DNA of 64,000 nucleotides from Squalus acanthias (Eukaryota), in assembly GCA_030390025.1 (NCBI GenBank), contig CM059432.1, positions 72,046,001 to 72,110,000 on the forward strand, written 5' to 3'. Positions 36,291 through 46,142 of this stretch are shown piece after piece. The notes beneath the pieces were generated by a model that saw only the letters and a program-made list of their open reading frames with translations, was not told where the DNA came from and did no database searches. The stretch's first letter is position 1. Every line of letters begins with the position of its first letter. Position numbers and translations under genes: made by a program.

Positions 36291-37183
36291 GGGGGAGAAA
36301 TTCAGTATTGCCCCATTTGGGGCGCAATTATCGGCCGGGCGCAAAGATTAGCGCCTGGCGCTAATTATCGCCACCGACTGGAAACTTGACTTTTATCGCC
36401 CCTGGAGGTGATTGCAGCGCTAAATCAGGCGCTTCACACCTGTCTTAAGGCGCAAAGGCCGAGGAGCGAGGCGCTACCTCAGAGCGCTGGCGAAGCTCAT
36501 GTGATGTCAGTCAGCAATGGAACACACACACAATGGCACAGGCCAGTTCTTAAAGAGGATGGTTAATCTTGCTTTCCATCCACATCCTGCTCATTGCAGC
36601 CTTGAATCTCGGCCTGGAGAGACCTGCACATCAAATGTGCTGGAAAGAACAATGGAGAGTACCAGGCAAAGAGCTCAGAGTGATGCCCCCACAGCCTCTG
36701 CTAAATCGATACAAGGAATGGCAAATCAAAATGAACCTGCAAAGTGCTGCTCAGTACCCAAAACTCATTCACACAACGTTGAATCTCTCCAGAAGTCTCT
36801 CCCTCTCTCTCTCAGAATGCGTAGTTCAAAAATGGCACCAACAATAAAAGGCAGGAAGCGGTCACCTTTAAATAGCGCTCCCCCTTTCCCTACATGACTG
36901 CAGAACGCTCCCCTCAACCTGTCGTTGCTAGCGTCAGGCGGTAAGGCAGGGGGCGCCACTCAATATCCGCTCCGGGGCGATACCGGGGCGTTGCGCACTC
37001 GAGTGACGTCACGATCTGCCGGCGCAGGAGATTGTGGCGGTAGTGTTTAGCGCCGCCGCAAAATGTCTAGTTAATTTCGCGAGCGGCGCAAACTTCGCCG
37101 CGCCTGGGCGCTAGATGCTTTGCGCCCCATTAGCACCCTCTTAAGGCGCTAACGGGAGGCGCAACCAACTGAATTTTTCCCCT
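36291..37183 (+). mobile_element. Non-autonomous Harbinger (893 bp), copy 2 of tandem pair
   Basis: Same TIRs (terminal C>T) and TAT TSD. Highly similar but not identical to copy 1. Confidence 0.93.
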
Positions 37184-37190
37184 TATGACT

Positions 37191-37357
37191 CCTTTAAGAC
37201 GCTGCTTAAAACCTACCTCTTTGACCAAGCTTTTGGTCACCTGCCCTAATTTATCCTTATGTGGCTCGGTGTCAAATTTTTTGTCTTAAAATACTCCTGT
37301 GCAGTGCCTTGGGATGTTTTACTATGTTAAAGGCGCTATATAAATACAAGTTGTTGT
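37191..37357 (+). mobile_element. L2 LINE 3' end (continuation of 24190-24718)
   Basis: CCTTTAAGACGCTGCTTAAAACCTACCTCTTTGACC...CTATATAAATACAAGTTGTTGT. Confidence 0.88.
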
Positions 37358-38352
37358 AGTGTCAGCTTTTATATATTTGGACCACTCCCAGCTTTTCCTC
37401 TCCACCACCTCTCTCAACCCAGTGATCATCTCTGTGCTGCCAGACTGCCATTCTGACATCAAATCATGGCTGAGTCAAAAATTCCTCCAAATGAATATCA
37501 GGAAGACTGAAGCCATCATATTGGGCCCCTCAATAAACTCTGCTCCCTCGCAACTGATTGTATTTCTGTCCCCAGCCACTTGTTTAGGGTGAACCAGACT
37601 ATGTAAAATCTTCGTGTCCTGTTTGATCCAGAGCTGAGTTTCAATCCCCATGTGCTAGCCATCACTAAGACCATTTATTTCCACCACTGCAACATTGCCC
37701 ATGTCAGTCTCTGCTCTATTTCATCTCCTCTGTTGCAGAAACAGTGATCCATGCTGTTATCACCTCTAGACTCAATTTCCCCAATGTTCTTCTTGCCAGA
37801 CTCCCATCTAAAACAAAGAAGGAAAGAAAGAAATTGATTGATGGTATTTATATAGCGCCTTTCACAACCTCAGGACTTTCCAAAGCGCTTCATAGCCAGT
37901 GAAATACTTTTGAAATGTAGTCACTACTGTAATTTAGGGAAACGCAGCAGCAAATTCAACTTGTCGAAAACTCAGCCATTCATGTACCACACTAAGGGGG
38001 AAAAATTAGGTCGCGCCCCGTTTGGGGCGCAAATATCGTCTGGACGCAAAAATTAGCGCCTGGCGCTAATTATCGCCACTGACTGGAAACTTCACTTTTA
38101 CCGCCCCGGGAGGTGAGTGGAGCGTTGATCAGGCGCTGCACACCTGTCTTAAGGCGCAAAGGCCGAGCAGTGAGGCGCTAACTCAGCGCGCGAGCGCAGC
38201 GCAGGTGCTGCCAGTTAGCGAGGGAACACAGACACACTGGCGCCAGCCAGTTCTTAAAGGGGGGGGGGCCAACTTGCTCCCCAGCCACACCCTGCTCATT
38301 GCAGCCTTGAATCTCGGCCTGGAGAGACCTGTAATCCATTTTGCTGCCAAGG

Positions 38353-40118
38353 ATGGAGAGGGTGAGAGAACGAGCTCAGCGCTTCACCGAGCGGGCCTTG
38401 GATGCTCTGGTTGGCGCGGTGGAGCGCAGAAGATCTATACTCTTCCCTGAGAGTGGCAGGAGGCCTTTGCCACGCGAGTACAGAAGAGTGTGGAGGGAGG
38501 TGGCTCAGAGCGTCTCCTCCAGGAGCATGGTGCCCAGGACCCATGTTCAATGCCGCAAAAAGTTCAACGACCTCACTCGGGTCGTCAGGGTGAGTGGCTT
38601 TTTCTCAATACCTCTCCATCCCTCCATCTCAACCTCACTCTATGGCCAGAGGGTCTTAAAACCCCAATGCACAACACTCATCCAACACCTATGGCCCTTT
38701 CATGAAACACACACACACATTCCACACTTTGCATACAGTAAGGGCTATTCACCTATGGGAGGCACATCAGGCAAGACCATGGCTGTATATTTACTCAGAT
38801 GCTGTCCTTTTTCTTGCAGGCCAAGCTGGCGCATAATAGGAGACAGCAGCAACGGACAGGTGGAGGGCGGCCTCAGCTGCAACCCCTCAGCGATCTTGAG
38901 GAGCGCGTCCACAGGATTGTGGCAAGCCGGGTGATCGGTCCCGTCGCCACTGGAGACGCCGATCCCGTTCTGGACAGCAATGGTAAGGTCATCACCTTTT
39001 TGTCCTCTGTCCTTCCACTTGTCCCTCACAACACCAGCCTTTGACACTTTCAATCCAACTTGCTAACTCGCTGCACTTATTCCTCCCTTACTGCCACCCT
39101 GTCCTCACGCTAAAGCCACTCTTGTACCTCCCTGCTTTCAGATGGTGATTCACCAGCTGAGGAGACGGGCCCTGAAGCTGCCAGTGGGAGTGAAGCTGCA
39201 GCCAAGGAGGAAGAGGAAGCCGGAGCATCAGTGCCACCCTCTCCCGAGGAAGCCCATGCCCACACTGGGAACACGCCTTCCCTGGCGGGGAGCAGGGGGG
39301 AAGGGTCTGATGAGGGTGAAGCTCCAGGACCCAGCGGGCTGCAGCAACGCCATGGGGGTAGGGAAGAACGGGGGCCTTCTCCCCAGAGGGAGAGTATGCC
39401 AGCGACTCCTACTGCAATGGACGCAGAGGAGGAGCGGCTGATCGCAGAAATGAACACCCAGGCGGTGGGCATGCACACTGAGCTCATGGGTGCAGTGGGA
39501 AGGGTGCCCGAATGCATTGAGTCACTGGCAAGGAGTGTGGAGCACTTCGCTGTAGCACAGGCGGATGCCACACTAAAGCTTAGTGCTGCAATTCAGTCAC
39601 TGACTGCCGTGATCCCATCTCTGACTGCTCTCATGCAGACTCAGATTGAGGCCACGCGAGCACTGACTGCTGCCAACCTCGATGGTTCGTTCACATGTCC
39701 CCGGGGCTCTCACCGCGCCGCAGCAGGACAGCAATCTGTGCTCCAGCAGATTGCTCCGGATGCTGAAGTGCTGCCCCGTGGGAGTGCCAGTGTGTCGGTC
39801 GAGCAGGGAGTTGCTGTCCTCTCTCACGATGACAGCATTCCTGCTGCCAACACTGTCACTTCTCCACTGCACTTGCCACCGCCTGTAGGACAGACTGCTG
39901 CCGCCCATGCAGAGTTGGTGCAGTCTGCAGCCGGGCCCTCCAGGCCCAGAACTGGTCGAGGCCGTCCTTCAGGGGCATCTGCAGTGTCAGGGTCTGACAA
40001 TCAGCAGCCTTCCACCAGCCATGCTGCAGCCACTGAGGTCCCATTACGGAGGAGCAGTAGGGTAAGAAGGGGGGAAGTGCGCAAGGGAAGGAGATCACCC
40101 TCGAAGGGCAAAAAGTAG
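38353..40118 (+). CDS. Harbinger Myb/SANT-like DNA-binding protein, predicted 458 aa; exons 38353-38589, 38820-38982, 39142-40118
   Basis: MERVRERAQRFTERALDALV...WREVA...RTHVQCRKKFNDL. Donors are GTGAGT and GTAAGG, acceptors TTGCAG and TTTCAG. The spliced length is 1377 nt and in frame. Confidence 0.88.
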
Positions 40119-40430
40119 GAGGTGTGACAAAATGCTGGTCATTTTTTTATTAAAGGCCGAGGTTCGTGGTCCAACTTTTGTTTAGTGTTTTGGACATTAT
40201 CTCCAGGTTGTGAGAACCAGTTATGTTAATGACTGTTTTTTTGTGTTTATTTCTATGAGTTTGTCATGAGGAATTGACACACACAGAGTTTGTAAAATAA
40301 ATAAGTTTTTGTATTCAAAATATACATGTTTGGTGTTTGGAATCATTGGTGCCTTGGCCGGCTTAGGGGTTGCGTGCTGGGTTCATTGATGTTGTTAGCA
40401 ATGGCAGAAGCCATTTCCACAGCAGGGGCC

Positions 40431-41591
40431 CTAGAAGCGGCTTGCTATCAGCCGTTGACGGACGGCCCTTGCAGTTTGACCATTGTGGGCCGCCCTCCCG
40501 CCTTGGTGCTGCTGATGATCATCCTCCTCGTCCTCTTCCTCCTCTTCCTCCTCCTCCTCTGGTGGTGCTCCAAGGCCTGGTGGCATTGGCTGGGTCCTGA
40601 GGATTGCCATGTTATGCAACATGCAGCACACAACTACGAAGTTGGATACTCGCTCAGGCGAGTACTGCAGGGCTCCTCCAGAATGGTCGAGACAGCGGAA
40701 CCGTTGCTTCAGCACGCCGATTGTGCACTCAATGATGTTCCTGGTAGCTTGATGGCTCTCGTTGTACCGCAGCTCAGCAGGGGTGTTGGGCGTACGGAGC
40801 GGTGTCATCAGCCAGGTGCTCAATGGATACCCCTTGTCCCCGAGAAGCCAACCAACTGGCTGATGTGGTGCCTCGAAAAGTTCTGCCACAGTAGTCTGGC
40901 GCAGGATGAAAGCATCGTGGCAGCTGCCAGGATAGTGGGCATTGACAGCTAGTATCAGCTGTCTGTGGTCACAGACCAACTGAACATTCAAGGAATGGAA
41001 CCCCTTTCTGTTCCGGAGTTCCTCGGCATTCTCATGTGGAGCACGCAAAGCCACATGCGTGCAGTCAATGGCGCCCTGCACCATGGGGAAGCCCGCTATC
41101 CTCGCAAAGCCCAGAGCGCGGTCACGCTGCTTGTCTAGGGTCATGGGGAAAGAGATGAACTCTCGTCTCCTTTTAAAGAGGGCATTTGTGACCTGCCGGA
41201 TGCAGCAATGCACCGCGAACTGGGAGATATTGGCAAGGTCCCCAGCAGCAGCTTGAAATGAGTCAGTAGCATAGAAGTTGAGAGCCACTGTGACCTTCAC
41301 TGCCACCGACAGAGACGTCCTGGACCTCAGTTGAGGCTGCAGATCTGGCTGCAGCAGGTGGCAGAGCTCAGTGACCACCTCCTTGCTGAATCGCAGCCTT
41401 CGCAAACACAGCTCCTCAGACATATGAATGTAGGAGAGCTGTTCACGATATACCCTGGGAGGGTAAGCTCTCCTGTACAGACGCCTGTTGGCCCTCCTCC
41501 GTCTGGCCATCATTGCCACTCTCTCTGTGCGTCTCTGTGTCCTCCGATTCAGCTGGAGCAGGACGACGCCCCCATTCAGTGCAGCCCCCAT
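40431..41591 (-). CDS. Harbinger DDE transposase (HARBI1-like), 386 aa from first ATG
   Basis: GAIDCTH, NRKGFHSLNVQLVCD, PGSCHD, LLGDKGY, RNIIECTIGVLKQRFRCL and CCMLHN. No stops. Confidence 0.95.
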   Translation of the reverse strand: MGAALNGGVVLLQLNRRTQRRTERVAMMARRRRANRRLYRRAYPPRVYREQLSYIHMSEELCLRRLRFSKEVVTELCHLLQPDLQPQLRSRTSLSVAVKVTVALNFYATDSFQAAAGDLANISQFAVHCCIRQVTNALFKRRREFISFPMTLDKQRDRALGFARIAGFPMVQGAIDCTHVALRAPHENAEELRNRKGFHSLNVQLVCDHRQLILAVNAHYPGSCHDAFILRQTTVAELFEAPHQPVGWLLGDKGYPLSTWLMTPLRTPNTPAELRYNESHQATRNIIECTIGVLKQRFRCLDHSGGALQYSPERVSNFVVVCCMLHNMAILRTQPMPPGLGAPPEEEEEEEEEDEEDDHQQHQGGRAAHNGQTARAVRQRLIASRF

Positions 41592-42781
41592 AGTCTCTTT
41601 GCAAGCAAAGTTATGAAGGACAGCAACCAAAGTACCAGCGAAGTTAGGATCAGTAGGCAAAACTACCTCACAAAGTGTTGACTCAATGCAGAAGTCTCTC
41701 TTTCTCTCTCTCCGAATCTCTCTCTCTCTCTCAGAACAAGTGGTGCAAAAATGTCAACCACAGAAAAAGACAGGAAGAGGCCCCCTTTAAATAGCGACAC
41801 CCCCAGCCCCACAGCGATTGATAGCGTTCCAGTCTTCCGGTCGTTGGATGCGCCAGGCGGTAAGGCAGGGGGCGCCACTCAATTTCCGCTCCGGGGCGCC
41901 ACAAGGGCGTTGCACCATGGAATGACGTCACAATCTGCGTGCGCAGGTGGTCGCGGCGGTAAAGTTTAGCGCCACCGCACAATGTCTAGTTAAGTTCCCG
42001 AGCGGCGCAAACATCGCTGCGCCCGGGCGCTAGCGGCTTTGCGCCCCATTAGCGCCCTCTTAAGGCACTAACGGGAGGCGCAACCAACTGAATTTTTCCC
42101 CCTAAGTCTCACTTGCCCATCTCCCCTGTCCTCACTGACCTACTATGGCTCCCTGTCCCCCAGTGCATGAAATTCAAAATCCTCATCCTCATCTTCAAAT
42201 CCATCTGCAGCCTCATCCTACCTTATCTTTGCAACTTTCCTCAGACCTATATACCCTGAATTCTGTGGTCATATGACTTCTGCCTCTTGTACATTCCTCC
42301 TTCCCTTTGCCCCACCACTGGTAGCCAACCTTCAGCTGCCTCAGCCCTGTTCTTTGGAATACTTCATTAAACCCCTTCACCTTCTACACCCTCTTCCACC
42401 TTTAAATGCCTTCTCAAAACCCATCTTTTCAATCTAGCTTTTAGTTGCCATCTTATCTCTCCCTCTGTGGCTCGGAATCCATTCCCTACTCTCTGTAAAG
42501 TGGCTTGGACGTTTTCTACATTAAAGATGTCATTATTACACGTAAATTTTCTTTTACTATTACATTTATAAAATATGTATTTGTAACATGATTCAGTAAA
42601 GATGATGGACTTAATAAGCTTTCAAGAACCAGCATTATAGTTTTACTATATCCAGTGTTTTCCTTTTGTCATAGTTAAAGCTTTGACACAAAAAATATTC
42701 CTGATTAATATGGTGAGTCAGTGCTGCAGTGTAAATTAAACTGACTCACATTCTCAATTCTCATTTTAATCCAGGAATTTA

Positions 42782-45700
42782 GGCTCCAATAATAATTCTG
42801 AGGTGCTTTCGGAGTTGGGGGCGTGGAGGGTGTGATATCGGGTGTGAAACCCGGAAGAAGTTTCAGCACGTCTGTCTGTGGTACTTTACCTCATTATAAT
42901 ATTACTTCCAGGTTTGGCGTCGAATGCATAGCAGTGGGTGTGGTGCAGACCCTCACAACGCAATCTCAACTGGAATATTTAAAGAGCCAATCCAAAAATG
43001 GAATTTGGAGGAGTTAGGAGTTTGCACAAAGAGAGGGAGAAGTTTCATCATGGATTCAGGATGGTCAAGGGCTGCGCCTCAATTTAACGATGCATTGCTC
43101 AGTGCAGTGAGGAGTCGGAGAGAGATACTGTTCCCCAGCAACGGGAGGTAGAAACCTGCTGCTGCACAAAGAAGGCGTGGCTGGAGATGGCCGGGGAGGT
43201 CAACAGCAGGAGCTTTGTGCCACGCTCCTGGATTCAGTGCAAGAAGCGCTTTAAATGATCTAACCAGGTCAAGCGCTGACAGTGGTGGCAGGGACAGCTG
43301 TGGAGATTTCACATTGGAGGGCACAGCCCTCTCCAAGCTCTGCCCAGCTGGACACAGATGTTGTACCACGGGGGCCATCGATGAAAAGGATAATCATTGA
43401 GGGACAACAGAAAATCTGTAACGTAATGACAGGTCTTCCATGTACACTGTCCACGCTTGCAGAGATAATGGAGGGCTCCAGCTCAAGCATGAGTGGGTTG
43501 ATGTTGCAGGGCATTGCGAGGATGTCTTCTTCCATGGATAGATTGGCCAACTCTGTGGAACATCAATTGCAGTAATCAAATGAGTCCATACAGGCCTTGA
43601 CCATGACCATGCAGACAACATGTCTGGTGCCTTAAATAGGATGGCAGACACCTTAGCCTTGACCTTACAAAGCATCACTGATCTGCACCAAGCTGCTCTC
43701 CAGCAGAGTGGTAGGAGTGAAGTGTGGCTGGCCCATGAGAGGGATGATGGCAAAAGGGGACATGGAAGTGGGAACTCCACTCAAAGTGCTCACACTCCTC
43801 AGCTGTTGCTCCCCCCACCCCCCCACCCCCCTCAGCCAGTACCCAACATGCTGCCTTCCCTCCTGATGGCTGAGTCCACCCCTGCACAGGTGCAGGTGGA
43901 GCAGTCTTTGGTGGGGCCCTCACTGGCTCCAACACCCAGAGGTTGCGGCCAAGAGCATCTCAGCAGTCAGAGCAGGGATCTAAATAGCCTGTCGCTTCCT
44001 CTGCTCAAGTCACATGGGTTGCACCACAAAGGAGCAGTAGGAAAAGAAGAGTAAAGCTTTGTAGTTGCACAAGGGTATGCACATGGGTGGTTGAGAAAAT
44101 GTTATGTTGTAAAGTTTCCATTGTTTATTAGAATCACATAAAATTTATTACTGTGTACCACTTTCCCCTGTTGCCCATTCTTGGTTGCTGGGTAGCAATT
44201 CGCCTTTTCAGTTGCTTGTTGATAAATGGGAAAACATGAATTGACAGGGACCAATGGGTGGATGTGCAATGGGTGGATGGTTGGTTACAGGACTGCTTTG
44301 TGTCAGTGGAATTGGGGACGGGGGTGTGGTGGGGGGAGAGTGGCCGTTGGATGTGATTGTTACATTGGTCCAGTGGTAGTGACAAACTGAACCCTACAGC
44401 TATAAGGGAAGTCTTGGCATCCCGGGCAGCAAGGTGAGTGGCTGGTGCTGCATTAGGGTCGCTATCTTCATCCTCCTCCTCCTCTTCCTGCTCCTCCTCC
44501 TCCACTTCATTGGATTCATCCACAGACGATAGCAGCGCTTTGTTCCTGCTGCAGCTCCAATCCTCGCTGCTGCACAATGTTGTGCAGAGCATAGCACACG
44601 ACAATCCTTCTGGAGACCCTGGCTGGCAAGTACAGAAGGTCACCTCCAGATCCGTTGAGGCACCTGAGCATGCTGATTGCTTGCTCAATGATCCATCTGG
44701 TTGTCATATGGCTGTCGTTGTACTGCTCTTGGGCTTAATTTGTGGGGTTTCTCTCGGGAGTCATCAGCCAAGTTTGAAGGGGATATCCTTTGTCTCCTAG
44801 CAGACACCCCTTAAATCTGCTTGCAGGTCCAAAGAGGTCGGGCAGCTTAGACTGTCGCAGGATGAAAGCATCATAGCATCTCCCCGGGAATCTGGAGCTC
44901 AGCTACATAAACCTTTCCTTGAGGTTGCACACCAGCTGCACATTGATGGAGTGGAAGCCCTTTGATTTACAAATACTCCTGGTTGATCTGGGGTGGGCAG
45001 ATTGCCACGTGTGTGCAGTCAATGACACCCTGCACCTGTGGGAAGCCAGCCAGAGATACCAACCTGAGAACCCGCTCATTCTGATGAGCATCATCAGAGG
45101 CAAAGTTAACATAATTGCTGGCCCTGGCAAACAATCCATCAGTGACCTGCCTTATGCATTTGTGTGCAGCCGACTGGGAGGTGTCTCCGGTAGCGCCCTG
45201 GAAGGACCCGGAGACAAAAAAGTTGAGGGCGGTGGTCACTTTCACAGCCACTGGTAATGTGTGGCCACCAGGTCCAGCAGGGAGCAGGTCTTCTTCTAGA
45301 AGGCTGCAGATGTGTGCCACCACCTGATGCGACAATCTCAGCCTCCGGAAGCACTGCTCTCCAAGAAGTTAAGGAAGCTGAGCATCTGCCTGTACACCCT
45401 GTTACACGGGTAATGCCTCCTGCGAGCTCGGCCCCTCTGCTGCTCCCCTCTCTGCTGACCACCTGCAGGTCTCTCCCCAGCAGGCTGTTGCTGCTGCTGA
45501 TGGTCATCTTGCTCCTCGTGCGAGGTCCAATCTAAGGCACCCATGACGCCACCCAAAAATAAATGATCTTGAATCTCACTATCTCCAAAGTGCACAAAAT
45601 AGTCTCGAATCACAAGTACTCTTGACAAACCCTTTCCCAGTGGGAGGTAAGAAAGCAGCCCTGAGCACTGACTAGTTATTGCAATTGCCTGCCTTTTAAT

Positions 45701-46011
45701 GAGCCCCATGAATTGCCATTCAGTCTTCTCACCTTGGTTTCAATGGCGAGTTTCAGGAAGCTCAGGAAACCCGTGCAGGCGCTGTGAAATTTAAATGCTG
45801 GCTAAAATATCGTTGAAATACACTCATTTAAATTTTAAAATCGCTAACACGCCTCTCTGGATGGGGGTACGCACACACAGCCAAACACGCCTGAGTTAAA
45901 CACAGAAGTCATCGCATTGGAGCCAGCTTCCAGATGCGCTGGCATTTTTGCTGCATTTAATCCCCCCACCCGGCCAAAGCTCACACACTATTCAATATTA
46001 AAATTTCCCCC
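42782..46011. mobile_element. Decayed two-gene Harbinger (different family)
   Basis: Right end AAAATTTCCCCC; the left end is degenerate. Contains a Myb-like remnant (+, 43049-44054) and a transposase remnant (-). Confidence 0.8.
44380..45544 (-). pseudogene. Harbinger transposase pseudogene
   Basis: ALNFFVSGSFQ, GVIDCTHV, KGFHSINVQLVC and CYALHN, spread across several frames. Confidence 0.88.
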
Positions 46012-46142
46012 TTAGTTTCTGTTCAATATCAGTTTAACATTGCAAAAAATAAATGATTTAATGGTGCTACTTTTCAAGTTATTTAAATAGAATTTCTATT
46101 ACAGCATTCTACTCTGACAGGTATAAGTATTTTAAAGTACAA

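Larger units (their letters stand above)
37996..42102. mobile_element. Apparently intact autonomous PIF/Harbinger transposon (4107 bp)
   Basis: Perfect 12-bp TIR GGGGGAAAAATT/AATTTTTCCCCC, TAA TSD (37993-37995, 42103-42105) and two convergent open genes. Confidence 0.96.
37370..42530 (+). mobile_element. Old L2 copy hosting a SINE fragment (37845-37960) and the autonomous Harbinger
   Basis: SDIKSWLSQKFLQMNIRKTE. CACAC-TAA-GTCTCACTTGCCCATCTCCCCTGTCCTCACTGACC rejoins L2 sequence across the Harbinger. Confidence 0.7.

Noticed and set aside
35613..36897. Repeated 126-aa ORF (MEHTHNGTGQF...) as a novel protein
   Set aside because: It crosses a deletion junction made of promoter/UTR sequence, has no recognisable domain, and ends differently in the 28995..29351 copy. 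Its recurrence follows from copy similarity.
35376..37191. CRISPR-like repeat-spacer array (TATGACTCTAT repeats)
   Set aside because: The 'spacers' are 893-bp homologous transposons with TIRs, the repeat is explained by TSD plus CR1 tail, the DNA is eukaryotic, and there are no cas genes.
40326..40952. 208-aa hydrophobic ORF antisense to the transposase
   Set aside because: The Leu-rich stretch is the reverse complement of the GAG-repeat acidic tail, so this is a shadow ORF.
40431..41591. Domesticated host HARBI1 gene
   Set aside because: It is intronless, lies between TIRs with a TSD inside an L2, is paired with a Myb-like gene, and has multiple decayed relatives nearby. It is a transposon copy.
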